64,000 nucleotides of DNA. It comes from an uncultured Thermoleophilia bacterium. GTDB lineage: Bacteria; Actinomycetota; Thermoleophilia; UBA2241. A program made the translations under genes and the position numbers. How positions within the stretch are numbered: position 1 is the stretch's first letter; each line of letters starts with the position of its first letter. Location of the stretch: NCBI GenBank assembly GCA_963702475.1, contig CAVPCT010000005.1, forward strand, positions 640,001 to 704,000. The letters are read 5' to 3'. Positions 8,909 to 22,201 of this stretch are shown here, piece by piece. The notes under the pieces were generated by a model. That model did not search any database, was not told the origin of the DNA, and saw only the letters and a list, made by a program, of their open reading frames with translations.

Positions 8909-9283
8909 AACAGGCTCCCGGCCGGGCGGCCGGGTCCACGGATGCCGCTGATGTCGTCGTGACCGGCACGGACCCCTCCGGAACGCGGCAGACAGACGGT
9001 GGTGCAGCAGAGATGATCCAGGTGGCACGCTATGCCCGGCGCGGACTGCGGGCAACGGCTGCAGGCCGACGCGTGGACCAAACCTGCGACGGCGGGCGCG
9101 CCGTCATGGCAGCCTGGCAGACGGCGGGGTGTCCGGCGCGGCGAGGTGGTCGCCCGTGCGGTGCGACCCTCGGAGCAGCACCGCCGCGCCGTCGCCTTCA
9201 GCGACGACAGGCCTGCGCCGATGATACGGTTGTGGCCGCCCCGCCTGCGGCCGGCGGCCGGGGCGCACCACCCGACGCCGGAG

Positions 9284-10799
9284 ATGAGCATGAGCCCAGA
9301 GCAGACCGCGTTCGACCCCCAGCGCTGTACGCTGACCGTCCCCAACGATCTCGCCTACCTGCCGATGATCCAGGGTTTCGTGCGCGCCTTCGCCGCCGAG
9401 GCCGGGTTCCCGGCGCGCGAGGTCGGGCGATTCGACCTGCTCATGGAGGAGGCCGCGACCAACGTCATCCACGGCGCCTTCGCGGAGGACGAGAAGGCCA
9501 CCTTCGACATCTCCTGCGAACGCGTCCCCGCCGGCGTCGCAGATCACCGTCCACGACGAGGGTCTGCCCTACGACCCGTCGCTCACGCCCGAGTACGACC
9601 CGAGCGCGGACCTGCACGCCCAGACCGGCCGCGGCCTGGGCAGCTTCCTGATGCAGAAGATGGCCGACACCGTGGAGTTCCACAACCTCGGCAGCCGCGG
9701 CAAGGAGACGGTCTTCATCAAGTACCTGGAGTCGAGGGCCGTCACTGACGCGCCGCCGGCGGAGGAGCCGCCGGAGGAGGCGCCGGAGCACGTACCCCCG
9801 GCCGAGCGCGTCGAGATCGGCGTCGGGCCGCTCGTGACGGACCAGGCGATCGAGGTGTGCCGCTGCATCTACGACGCCTACCGCTACACCTACGTCAACG
9901 AGCACATGTACTACCCGGACCGCGTCGTCGCCCTCAACCAGAGCGGCGACATGGTGTCGGCGGTGGCATCGACGAGCGACGGTGAGGTGGCGGGGCACGC
10001 GGCGCTCGTCTTTCCCGAGGACACGCACGAGGTGGCCGACATGGCCGTGGCCGCGGTCAAGGCCAAGTTCCGCGGCCAGTCCATCGCCCGGCGGCTGGGC
10101 GAGTGGCTGGAGGACGAGGCACGGGCGCGCGGCCTGCACGGCCTGTTCATCGAGGAGGTGACCGTGCACACCTACACGCAGAAGTTCTGCCACCGCCTGG
10201 GGTTCACCGACACCGGCTTTCTGCTCGCCTACTCGCCGGCCACCACGAAGTTCGAGGGCATCACGGGTACGGCCGACGCGCGCCGCTCGGTGATCGTCGG
10301 CTTCAAGTACCTCGCCCCGCCCGAGCCGGCGGTCATCAACGCGCCCGGCAGGCACAGGGACGTCATCGCCGGCATCTACGAGCGCCTCGGCGCGCCGGTG
10401 TCGTTCGCCCGCGTCGTCAAGGCGGCGCAGCACGGCCTGCCGGAGCTGAACGTGAGCGTCAACACCAGGCGCTCCGTGGCCACCATCCGCATCCCCACCT
10501 ACGGACGCGACCTCGCAGGACGCCTTCGCGCCGAGGTCGTCCGCCTGCTTCGCGAGAACGTCAGCGTCATCAACGTCTTCCTCGATCTCAGCGCGCGCGG
10601 CACCGGCAGGGTGGCCGACGCGCTCGAGGAGGTGGGGTTCATCTTCAGCGGCGTGCTCCCCGGAGGCCGGTCCGGCGACTGGCTGATCATGCAGTTCTTC
10701 AACGGCGTGGTCGTCGACTACGACGCCATCCAGGTCGAGGATCCCACGACGGCCGAGCTCCTGGCGTACATCCGCGCGAACGACCCGCTCGCCAGGTAG
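9284..10799 (+). CDS. Fusion of an RsbW-like HATPase_c (anti-sigma/serine kinase) domain and a GNAT-like acetyltransferase domain; frameshift at ~9540
   Basis: LLMEEAATNVIHGAF..[fs]..ITVHDEGLPYDP..GRGLGSFLMQKMADTVEF, then AVAAVKAKFRGQSIARRL (acetyl-CoA motif A) and HTYTQKFCHRLGF. Confidence 0.8.
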
Positions 10800-10821
10800 G
10801 GAACGGGCCCGGCCGGCCACC

Positions 10822-12205
10822 ATGAAGGAGTCGCTCGACATCGCCATCGAGCTGGTGAAGAGCATGGCGGTGGTCATCGTCGTGGCCTACCTCTTCACGC
10901 GCACGAAGACCTACCACGAGGTGATGGACCGCCGCCTCGGCTGGAAGGGCCGCCTGCTGCTGATCCTGGTCTTCGGCGCCTTCTCCGTGTGGGGCACGCT
11001 GGCGGGCGTCGAGATCCTCGGCGGCATCGCCAACACCCGCGACCTGGGGGCCGCCCTGGGCGGGCTGCTGGGCGGCCCTGTCGTCGGTCTCGGCGCCGGC
11101 CTCATCGGCGCCGTGCAGCGCCTCTCCATGGGCGGCTTCGTCGCCGTGCCGTCGGCGCTCGGCGCCGTGGCCGCCGGCCTCGCCGGCGGCGCCGTCTACC
11201 TCATCTTCAAGCGCCGCGTGGCTCCGATCTGGGCGGCCGTCGCCCTGGCCCTCTTCACCGAGACCGTCCTCATGGTCCTCAACCTGGCCATCGCCAGGCC
11301 GTTCGACGAGGTGCTGGCGCTGGTCCGCGAGGTCATGCCGGCCATGTACCTGGTCAACGCCATCGGCATGGGCCTGTTCGTCTACATGGTCAGGAACGAG
11401 GAGAAGGAGCGGCGGACGGCCGCCCAGAAGGAGCGCATGGAGGGCGAGCTCACCGTGGCGCGCGACATCCAGCGGGGCATCGTGCCCAGCATCTTCCCGC
11501 CGTTCCCGGAGCGCGAGGAGTTCGACCTGCACGCCTCACTGGAGTCGGCGCGCGAGGTGGGTGGCGACCTCTACGACTTCTTCCTGCTGGACGAGCACCA
11601 CCTGTGCCTGGCCATCGGCGACGTCTCCGGCAAGGGCGTGCCGGCGTCGCTGTTCATGGCCGTGACCATCACCCTTCTGCGCGCCGAGGGGCACCGGGCC
11701 GGCGCGCCCGACGAAGGCCTGGCGCGCCTCAACAGCGCCCTGTGTCGCGGCAACGACTCGGCGATGTTCGTCACCCTGTTCTTCGGCATCTGCGACCTGC
11801 GCACCGGCGAGCTGGAGTACGCCTGCGGCGGGCACCCGCCGCCGTACGTCGTGCGCGCCGACGGACGTGTGCACGAGCTGCCGCAGGCGCACGGCGTCGG
11901 CCTGGGCGTGTCGGAGCGGGTGCGCTACGAGACGCTCACGGCGAGGCTGGAGCCCGGCGACGCGCTGCTCGTGTACACCGACGGCGTCACCGAGGCGATG
12001 TCGTTCGAGGGCGACATGTTCGGCCCCGAACGCATCGAGGAGGTGCTGGCGCGCGGCGGCGGGCGTCCTGGACGCCGGCGCGCTGCTCGAGAGCGTGCGC
12101 GACGCCGTGTGGGACTTCGCCGCCGGCGCCGAGCAGTACGACGACCTGACGCTGCTCGCGTTCCGCCGCTCTCTCCCGCCGGCCGCCCCCGCCGCTCAGG
12201 CGTAG
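10822..12205 (+). CDS. 5TM LytS-type (5TMR-LYT) sensor fused to a PP2C/SpoIIE (RsbU-like) phosphatase; frameshift at ~12060
   Basis: GIANTRDLGAALGGLLGGPVVGLGAGLIG; EVGGDLYDFF, IGDVSGKGVPASLFM, MFVTLF, YTDGVTEA; YDDLTLL in the shifted frame. Confidence 0.88.
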
Positions 12206-12525
12206 AGGCCGAGCGCCTCCTCGCGCGTCTCCACGATCTCGAACAGCTCGGAGAACCCGGAGATCTCGAACACGTCGGCCACGAACGGCTTCATGCCACA
12301 CAGCACGATGCGGCCGTCGTTCTTCTCGAGGAACTTGAGGACGGCCAGGAAGACGCGAAGGCCGGCGCTCGAGACGTACTCGTTGTCGTCGAAGTCGGCC
12401 ACGAGCTTGCGCGCCCCGCCGTCCAGCAGCCCGTCGATCTCCGCCTCAACGTCCTTGGCGCTGGTCGTGTCGACCCTCGCCGGCAGCCTGACGACGCTCA
12501 CGTCGCCGACGACTTCCACATCCAT
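12196..12525 (-). CDS. STAS-domain anti-sigma-factor antagonist (RsbV/SpoIIAA-like)
   Basis: 109 aa, EYVSSAGLRVFL with the phospho-Ser, VADVFEISGFSELFEI. Confidence 0.92.
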   Translation of the reverse strand: MDVEVVGDVSVVRLPARVDTTSAKDVEAEIDGLLDGGARKLVADFDDNEYVSSAGLRVFLAVLKFLEKNDGRIVLCGMKPFVADVFEISGFSELFEIVETREEALGLYA

Positions 12526-12567
12526 GCCATCACCCTCCTGTGCCCCGCACGGTGCCGCGCACCGCGA

Positions 12568-13071
12568 CTATCCCTGTTTCTCGTACGGGTTCGCCGGCAG
12601 GTGGAACTCCCACTCGCGGATCCCGAGGTCTTCCAGCACTCTCGCCCTCAGCTTCAACAGGAAGTAGCCGAGACGCTCACGCTCCCTCCTCGTGAGGGTC
12701 GAGAAGATGCGCCTCTCGGTCTCGCTGTCCTGCGAACGCGCCAGAACGTCTCTGCCCTCGTCGGTGAGGGTCACCTCGACCTTGGACCTCCCCGTGCCCT
12801 TGTGCCGTGCGACCAGACCGGCCTTCTCCATCCGCTTGAGCAGCTCCGTGACCGAGTGCAGCTCCCTGAACAGCTCGCGCGCGATCTGCACCGGAGCCAC
12901 CCGGCCGCCGTTCTTCTCGATGATGAAGAGGACGGCCCTGCGTTCGTTCGTGATGTCGAACCGTGCGTAGTCCCTCTCGCGTGCCCTTGCCAGCGCGTCC
13001 GAGGTCTGCGCGCTCAGCACCCAGAGATAGAAGAACTCCTCCAGCTCACGCTGCCTGTCCTCATCCTCCAT
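12568..13071 (-). CDS. MarR family regulator
   Basis: IARELFRELHSVTELLKRMEKAGLV..VEVTLTDEGR winged helix. Confidence 0.85.
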   Translation of the reverse strand: MEDEDRQRELEEFFYLWVLSAQTSDALARARERDYARFDITNERRAVLFIIEKNGGRVAPVQIARELFRELHSVTELLKRMEKAGLVARHKGTGRSKVEVTLTDEGRDVLARSQDSETERRIFSTLTRRERERLGYFLLKLRARVLEDLGIREWEFHLPANPYEKQG

Positions 13072-13251
13072 GTCAGTCAGACTCCGATCCTGGGCGGCCG
13101 CGCCCCGTTCCCACGACGGTGAGCCCCAGGCCCACCGGCACCGTCCACGCCCGGGGTGTCGCGCTCGGCTGCCGGCATGGACACCCCGTATCTTCCGTGA
13201 AGCGGGTCACGTGCGGCAAGCGCCGCGCCCCGCGAGGCCTTCGCACCCCGC

Positions 13252-15204
13252 TCACAGGCGACCACCGCCGTCCAGGAACCTGAAGGCGACCATGGTGATG
13301 TCGTCCGACTGTTCCACACCGGCGGCGTGGTCGCGCAGGGCCGCGTGCAGGGCATCCAGGATGGCGCTGCAGCTGGCCGGCGCGCCCAGCGCCAGCTCGT
13401 TCGCGATACGCTCCTCGGTGAACACCTCGTCGGCCGCGTTCATCGCCTCGCTCACGCCGTCCGTGTACAAGAAGAGGGCATCCCCGGGATCGAGCGTGAG
13501 CTCGGCCTCGGCGAAGACCATGCCGGCCCGCGCCCCGAGGGCGATGCCCCGTGTCCGCGGCAGCTGTTCCACGACGCCGTCGCGCCGGATCACGAACGGG
13601 CGGTTGTGACCGGCGCTCGCGTAGCGCACCTCGCCGGTCCTCAGGTCCACGACCGCGAGGAACATGGTCACGAACATGCTGGTGTCGTTGTCGGTGGAGA
13701 GCTCGTCGTTGAGGCTGCCGAGGATCTGTGACGGACCGCCGCCCAGCCGCAAGTACGAGCGCAGGAACGAGCGTCCGACGGCCATCATCAGAGCCGCCGG
13801 CATGCCCTTGCCGGAGACGTCGGCGATGGCGAGCGCCAGGTGATCCTCGTCGAGCAGGAAGAAGTCGTAGAAGTCGCCGCCCACCTCCCGCGCCGGCTCG
13901 AGCAGGGCGAAGAGCTCCATGTCGTGACGCTGCGGGTAGGGCGGGAACGTGCGCGGCACCAGGCTCATCTGGATGCTGGCGGCGATGCGCAGCTCGCTCT
14001 CGATACGCTCACGCTCCGCCGTGGTCACGCGCAGCTCCTCGATGCGCTCCTTGAGGTCGTCGCGCATCTGCCCGAACGAGGTCGTGAGGCGGGCGACCTC
14101 GTCGCGCCCCTTGGCCTCCGGCAGGGGCGCGTCGAGGTCGCCCTGCGCCAGGGTCTGCGTGGCCAGGTCGAGGGCGTTGAGGGGCCGTGTGATCGTCCGC
14201 GCCACGAGGAGGGCGATCACGAGCAGCGCCGCCAGCCCGATGAGGTCGATGGCCCAGGAGAGCCGGTTGAGCTCGATGACGGCGCCGTTCACCTCGCTCT
14301 CGGCGTACACGATGCCGAGAGCCCAGCCGGTGGAGGGTATCGGCGTGTACGCCAGGTACGACCGGCCGCTCGGCTCAAGCTGGTCGAGTCCGTCGAACAC
14401 CACGTAGCCGGTCTCACCCGACGTCATGTCCCGCCCGATACGGCGCAGCCGCGGGTCGTCGCGCGCCGCTGCCACGCTGAAGATCGACTCGTTCATGATG
14501 AAGGCGTTGTCCGGGTGGGCGATGAAGGTGCCGTTCTGGCTGAGCAGGAACGCGTAGCCGGTCTCCCCGAGATCCAGGCTCTGCAGGAGGTGTGAGAGCC
14601 ACATGAGCGAGACGTCGCCGGTGACGACGGCAGACACCGGCGCCGGGTCATCGCCTAGGTGCACGGGGACGGCGTACGTGGCGGTGAGCATGTCGGCCCC
14701 GTCCTCGTCGTAGTACGGCTCCGTCCACTGCGGCGCGCGCGTCTGGTAGGGGAGCTGGTACCAGTCCCCCACCTCGTAGGCGCGGCCGTCCTTGCCCAGG
14801 TCCTTCACCGCGACCGTGTCGCCGTCCATGTACGCGTACGGGGCGACGCGGCCGAACGCCTCGGGGTCGTACGCGACGGCCGACCCGACCAGCTCATCGT
14901 TGCGCAGCACGGTCCGCTGGAGCATCGCAGCCGCCTCGTCGGGCTCGGGCTCCAGGTCCTCCACGAGCAGGGCGGTACCTTGCACGACCTTCTCCACAGC
15001 GCCCTCCACCGCCTCGATGCGGCCGGCGGTGGCCTGCAGCGCCAGGGTGATGATGCTGCGCTGCTGCGAGAGAAGAAGGTCGCGCGCCTGCATGAAGGTG
15101 AAGTAGCTGACGACGGCCAGCACCAGCCCGGCGCCGAGCACGAAGAGCAGCGCGAGGCGCCGCCCGATGCTCAGCTTACGGAGCAACCCGCGCCTCCGCT
15201 GCAA
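13252..15204 (-). CDS. Membrane Cache-HAMP-PP2C/SpoIIE phosphatase
   Basis: TM, dCache (WYQLP..WTEPYYD..TYAVP), TM, HAMP (TITRPL..DEVARL), EVGGDFYDFF, ADVSGKG, YTDGVSEA, SDDIT. Confidence 0.92.
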   Translation of the reverse strand: MQRRRGLLRKLSIGRRLALLFVLGAGLVLAVVSYFTFMQARDLLLSQQRSIITLALQATAGRIEAVEGAVEKVVQGTALLVEDLEPEPDEAAAMLQRTVLRNDELVGSAVAYDPEAFGRVAPYAYMDGDTVAVKDLGKDGRAYEVGDWYQLPYQTRAPQWTEPYYDEDGADMLTATYAVPVHLGDDPAPVSAVVTGDVSLMWLSHLLQSLDLGETGYAFLLSQNGTFIAHPDNAFIMNESIFSVAAARDDPRLRRIGRDMTSGETGYVVFDGLDQLEPSGRSYLAYTPIPSTGWALGIVYAESEVNGAVIELNRLSWAIDLIGLAALLVIALLVARTITRPLNALDLATQTLAQGDLDAPLPEAKGRDEVARLTTSFGQMRDDLKERIEELRVTTAERERIESELRIAASIQMSLVPRTFPPYPQRHDMELFALLEPAREVGGDFYDFFLLDEDHLALAIADVSGKGMPAALMMAVGRSFLRSYLRLGGGPSQILGSLNDELSTDNDTSMFVTMFLAVVDLRTGEVRYASAGHNRPFVIRRDGVVEQLPRTRGIALGARAGMVFAEAELTLDPGDALFLYTDGVSEAMNAADEVFTEERIANELALGAPASCSAILDALHAALRDHAAGVEQSDDITMVAFRFLDGGGRL

Positions 15205-16192
15205 CGAACGCGTCGTAGGTCGGGCCCGTGCGTATCTGTCCCTCGCCGATCATGATCGCCTTGGTCCGTTCGTAGTCCACGCGCGCGAGCCTGCCAGGCT
15301 GCCAGGAGTCGTTCTCACCGGGAAAGACGGACGCGAGCACGTGGTCCAGCATCCAGCTCTGGTGTACGCGGTTGGTGGGGACGTGCGCCTCCGCCGTCTT
15401 GCGCATGACGATGTCCAGCGCCTCGTCAGGGTGGTCGCGACAGTACGCCCACCCCTCCATGGTCGCCGCCGCAAAGTCGGCGCACAGCTCCGGCGACTCT
15501 GCCTGGGTGGAGGCCAGCGTGTACACGCCGTCCTCGGGAAAGCCGAGACCGTACTCACGCATGGCGAAGACCTCGAGCTCGTCCGGGTCGACGCCCGCCA
15601 TGAGGATGGTGTGGTACTCGTTGTACTCCATGGCGCTGCACGCGTCGGCGCCGCCGCGCAGGAACAGGTTGACCGTGTAGTACTGCGGCAGCAGACGCGG
15701 GTGCACGCCTGCGGCGCTGAAGAACGCGTCGTACGCTGCGCGGAAGCTCATGCCCCACAATGTGACGCGCGAGGCGTTCAGGTCGGCGCGTTCGTCCACC
15801 TCGTCGCGCCAGGCCACGAGCAGGAGGTTCGAGCGGTTGACGACCTGGCAGACGTCCACGAGGGGGTCGCCGTAAGGGTCGGCACTGAGAGCGCCGCTCA
15901 GGAACGCCAGAGCGAAGTCGGCTCTGCCCTCGCGCAACTCGACGAGGGAGTCGATGTCGGGGCCGCCCGGGATCACGGTCGCGTCGAGGCCGTGCGCCGC
16001 GTAGATGCCCTTCTCCGCAGCCACGTAGTAGCCGGCGAACTGCGCCTGTGGCTTCCAGTGCAGCACGAGCCTGACGGGCCGCTGGTCCACGGCGCCCCGC
16101 GCCTCGTGGGTGCCCGGCCACAGGACCACAGTCGCCATCGCCGCCACAGCGACGGCCAGGACCGCCAGAACGCTGAGGGCGCGTCGCCTCAC
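15176..16192 (-). CDS. NMT1/THI5-like solute-binding protein
   Basis: Signal peptide; LVLHWKPQAQFAGYYVAAEKGIY..GLD..IPGGP. Confidence 0.88.
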   Translation of the reverse strand: MRRRALSVLAVLAVAVAAMATVVLWPGTHEARGAVDQRPVRLVLHWKPQAQFAGYYVAAEKGIYAAHGLDATVIPGGPDIDSLVELREGRADFALAFLSGALSADPYGDPLVDVCQVVNRSNLLLVAWRDEVDERADLNASRVTLWGMSFRAAYDAFFSAAGVHPRLLPQYYTVNLFLRGGADACSAMEYNEYHTILMAGVDPDELEVFAMREYGLGFPEDGVYTLASTQAESPELCADFAAATMEGWAYCRDHPDEALDIVMRKTAEAHVPTNRVHQSWMLDHVLASVFPGENDSWQPGRLARVDYERTKAIMIGEGQIRTGPTYDAFVAAEARVAP

Positions 16193-16627
16193 TGCCTGTG
16201 GATGACGAGGCGCAGCACGTTGCGCGCCCCGTCGCGGTGGTAGGCGACCTCGTCCATCACACGGCGCACAAGGAAGATGCCCAGACCGCCGACCGCGCGC
16301 TCCTCCACCGCCGCGCGCAGGTCGGGCTCATCGACGGCGAGCGGGTCGAACGGCACGCCCTCGTCGACGAGCTCGACGACGAAGCTCTTCTCACCCGGGC
16401 AGATGCGCACCAGCAGCTCCCCGGGCGGGACCTCGTAGGCGTACAGACAGATGTTGACGACGGCCTCTTCCACGGCGAGCTCGAGCTGCATGAGCCGCCT
16501 GGGGTGCAGACCCCAGTCGCCGGCGTGGCCGGCGATGAAGTCCGATGACCGCGGGCGTCTGCTCGACGTCCGCCACGAAGACCTGCTCCAGGAAGCCGTC
16601 GTCACGGGCCGGCGCATCGTGTGCCAC
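16189..16627 (-). CDS. RsbW-like anti-sigma factor/serine kinase; frameshift at ~16545
   Basis: LELAVEEAVVNICLYAY..DEGVPFDPL..GGLGIFLVRRVMDEVAY. GGAGG RBS before the GTG at 16627. Confidence 0.88.
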
Positions 16628-16827
16628 TGCCCACCTCCCCTGAAGACGCCGCGCGCGTGCCCCCTGCGGCGCCGCTCCCGCCGCGGCCGAGTCCGCGGCC
16701 TGTTCGTGCACTCCGCTATCGTATCGGTCGCGAAACCGCCATGGATGAGCCCGCGGCCCCCGCCTGCGCGGGACGGCAGGGAACGGACGCCAGCGTCCGC
16801 GCCGCAACAGCCGGTCCCGTACGCGGG

Positions 16828-16864
16828 CGCGCGTGGGCGGCGCCGGCGGCGCCGCCCACGCGCG
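16828..16864 (-). terminator. 17-bp hairpin after lon
   Basis: CGCGCGTGGGCGGCGCC-GGC-GGCGCCGCCCACGCGCG. Confidence 0.65.
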
Positions 16865-16882
16865 GAGGCTGTCAGGCCTGTC

Positions 16883-19599
<2,717 letters not shown>

Positions 19600-19603
<4 letters not shown>

Positions 19604-20031
19604 TCGTCGCCTCCCCCCGTCTGGATCTCGATCTTGCGGGCGCCCTCGCGCTCACTCAGCGTGAGCCGGACCTCGAGCACTCCCGCCTCGTAGGTGGCGG
19701 TGGACACGTCGGGGTCCACGTCCACCAGCAGCCGCACGCGGCGCTCGAAGGTGCCGTAGTCCATCTCGACCTGCTGGTACACACGTCCCTCCCGGGTGGG
19801 GAACGCCCGCTCGCCTCGCACCACGATCTCGCGACGGTCCACCAGCAGATCGATGTCGTCCAGAGCCATACCCGGCAGCTCGAAGCGGACGACGATCTCG
19901 CGCGTTCCCTCCTCGAAGAACGCGTCTGCGGCGGGGTTGAAGCCGCGGCCGGCGTAGGGCTGCCGGGCCGCGAGGGCGCACGACTCGTTGAAGGCGCGCA
20001 GCACCTCGTTGTGCATCTTCTCGAAATCCAC
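19600..20031 (-). CDS. Small heat-shock protein (Hsp20)
   Basis: FNPAADAF..ELPGM..VRGER..YGTFERRVRL..ATYEAGVLEVRL. AAGGAG RBS; ATGA overlap with lon. Confidence 0.9.
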
Positions 20032-20295
20032 GGGGTGACTCCTTGCCCAGGCCCCGGAGGGGCGGCGCGGCCGCGGCGCCGGGACACGTTCCTGATACTC
20101 CACGCACACCTACCCATTGGGAGCGCGCGCCTAACGACGACGCCGGGAGGAGGCCGCCCGCGAGGCGAGACGTACCACCGGCTTCGCATAGTCTCAGCCT
20201 TTACCTCAGCCTTAGAGCCATCCCACGCTCGTTCGGGCGTCCCGCCCGCCACGTCCGCGTTCCGGCACGTGCATCCGTCGCCCGCCGGCGGTACC

Positions 20296-22197
20296 ATGCA
20301 CGCCGTGCAGCTGGCCTTCACCACCGTCGACGATCTCCACGCGCTGCTCGAGCAGGCGGGCGAAGCTCTCGACTACCGGGAGGTGTGGCCGCACCTCTTC
20401 CCCGTCTCCAACTGCCCGCCTGAGCTCATGCACAGGCTCGTCGCCGACATCGTCCGCGAGGACGAGCGATTCTCGTGGGAGAGCGACGTGCATGTCGGTC
20501 TCGCGGCGTGGCGGGCGCGGCGCCGCGACCTCGCCGACGTCGCCTTCACCGTGGTCGACCTCGAGACCACGGGGGCCACGCCCGGCTTCTCCAAGATCAC
20601 CGAGATCGGGGCGGTGCGCATCGAGGGCGGCCGCGAGATCGGCACGTTCTCGGCCCTGGTCAACCCCGGTGTGCCCATCCCCGAGATGATCACCGGCATC
20701 ACCGGCATCGACGATTCCACGGTCGCCGACGCGCCGCCCATCGACGAGGTGCTGCCCCGGTTCGTCGACTTCGCCGCCCACTCCGTGCTGGTGGCGCACA
20801 ACGCCCCGTTCGACCTCGGCTTCCTGGACTACGAGCTGGGGCGCACGGAGCGCCGCACGTTCCCGCGCCCGGCGCTCGACACGCTGCGTCTGGCGCGAAA
20901 GCTCTGCCCGCAGCAACGCTGCTCGCTCAGCGCGCTGGCGTACCGCTTCAACACCAGGGTCAAGCCGGTCCATCGCGCCCTGCAGGACGCGCAGGCCACC
21001 GGCGAGCTCCTGCTCCTCTTCCTCTCCCGGCTGGAGGAGCAGGGTATGAGCACGCTGGAGGAGGTCGCGCGCTTCTGCGAGCCGGGGTCGCGGCGCAACT
21101 ACCACAAGATCACCCTCACCGAGTCGCTCCCCAACGTCCCCGGCGTCTACATCATGCGCGACCAGAATGGCGTCGCTCTGTACATCGGCAAGGCCGAGAA
21201 CCTCAAGCGGCGCGCACGCGACCACTTTCTGCAGCGTCAGGCCTACCGCGCCCGCCAGGCCCTGGAGCTGCTCGATAGGTTCGAGGTGGTCGAGACCGGC
21301 TCCGAGTTCGGCGCCCTCCTGCTCGAGCAGCGCCTCATCCACAAGCACCGGCCGGCGTTCAACTCGCATGGCACCCGGGTCGCCGGCTACTCCTACGTCA
21401 AGCTCAGCGCCGAGGAGTATCCGCGCCTGTACGCCACGCCGAACCTGCGCGACGACGGCTCGTACTACGCCGGGCCGTTCCGCAAGGCCGGCGTGGCCCG
21501 GCGCCTTGTGGAGGCCATCCACGGCGTGTACCCGCTGCGCACGTGCGCGCACCTGCCCGGCGCACGCGCCGCCGCCCGCCCGTGCCAACGGGCGCACACC
21601 GGCGCGTGCCTCGCGCCCTGCGCGCGCCCCCTCAACGGCGACTACGCCGACGCGGTAGCAGAGGTCCGGCGCGTGCTCGACGGGCACGGTGAGGCCGTCG
21701 ACGAGCGCCTGCAGCAGCGCCAGGCGGGCATGGTGCAGGCCCTGGCGTTCGAGCAGGCCGCGCGCCTGCAGCGCCAAAGAGAAGCGCTCGAGCGCTCCGT
21801 GCGCGGCATCCGCCGCCTGCGCGCCGCCCAGGCGCACGACGCCGTCATCGTGCAACCGGCGCGGCGGCGCGGCTGGGCGGCCCTGTGGGGCGTGCGCGGC
21901 GGCCGCATCGCCGTCGAGCGCGAAGTGGGCCGCACGGCCTTCGACCTCGAAGCGGCCGCCGCCTTCCTCGCCGAGCTGGCGGCGGCCCCGCCCCCGGCGC
22001 AGCCAGTGGCGGCGGGCGACGTCGACGAGCTCCTGCTCGTACACTCGTGGCTCACGAGCAACCGCGAGTCGGTGCACGTGCTCGACGCGAGCGACCTCGC
22101 GGCCGGCCGCCGCGGCGCCGGCGAGCTCGCTCCGGCGCTCCTGGAGCGCCTCCGCCTCTGCGCCGGCGCCGGCCCGGCCGCCACGGCCGGCGCCTGA
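20296..22197 (+). CDS. DEDDh (DnaQ-like) exonuclease fused to GIY-YIG UvrC/Cho-like and UVR domains
   Basis: VVDLETTG, VAHNAPFD, HRALQDA; PGVYIM..LYIGKAENLKRR; LAFEQAARL. Confidence 0.9.
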   Translation: MHAVQLAFTTVDDLHALLEQAGEALDYREVWPHLFPVSNCPPELMHRLVADIVREDERFSWESDVHVGLAAWRARRRDLADVAFTVVDLETTGATPGFSKITEIGAVRIEGGREIGTFSALVNPGVPIPEMITGITGIDDSTVADAPPIDEVLPRFVDFAAHSVLVAHNAPFDLGFLDYELGRTERRTFPRPALDTLRLARKLCPQQRCSLSALAYRFNTRVKPVHRALQDAQATGELLLLFLSRLEEQGMSTLEEVARFCEPGSRRNYHKITLTESLPNVPGVYIMRDQNGVALYIGKAENLKRRARDHFLQRQAYRARQALELLDRFEVVETGSEFGALLLEQRLIHKHRPAFNSHGTRVAGYSYVKLSAEEYPRLYATPNLRDDGSYYAGPFRKAGVARRLVEAIHGVYPLRTCAHLPGARAAARPCQRAHTGACLAPCARPLNGDYADAVAEVRRVLDGHGEAVDERLQQRQAGMVQALAFEQAARLQRQREALERSVRGIRRLRAAQAHDAVIVQPARRRGWAALWGVRGGRIAVEREVGRTAFDLEAAAAFLAELAAAPPPAQPVAAGDVDELLLVHSWLTSNRESVHVLDASDLAAGRRGAGELAPALLERLRLCAGAGPAATAGA

Positions 22198-22201
22198 GGA
22201 C

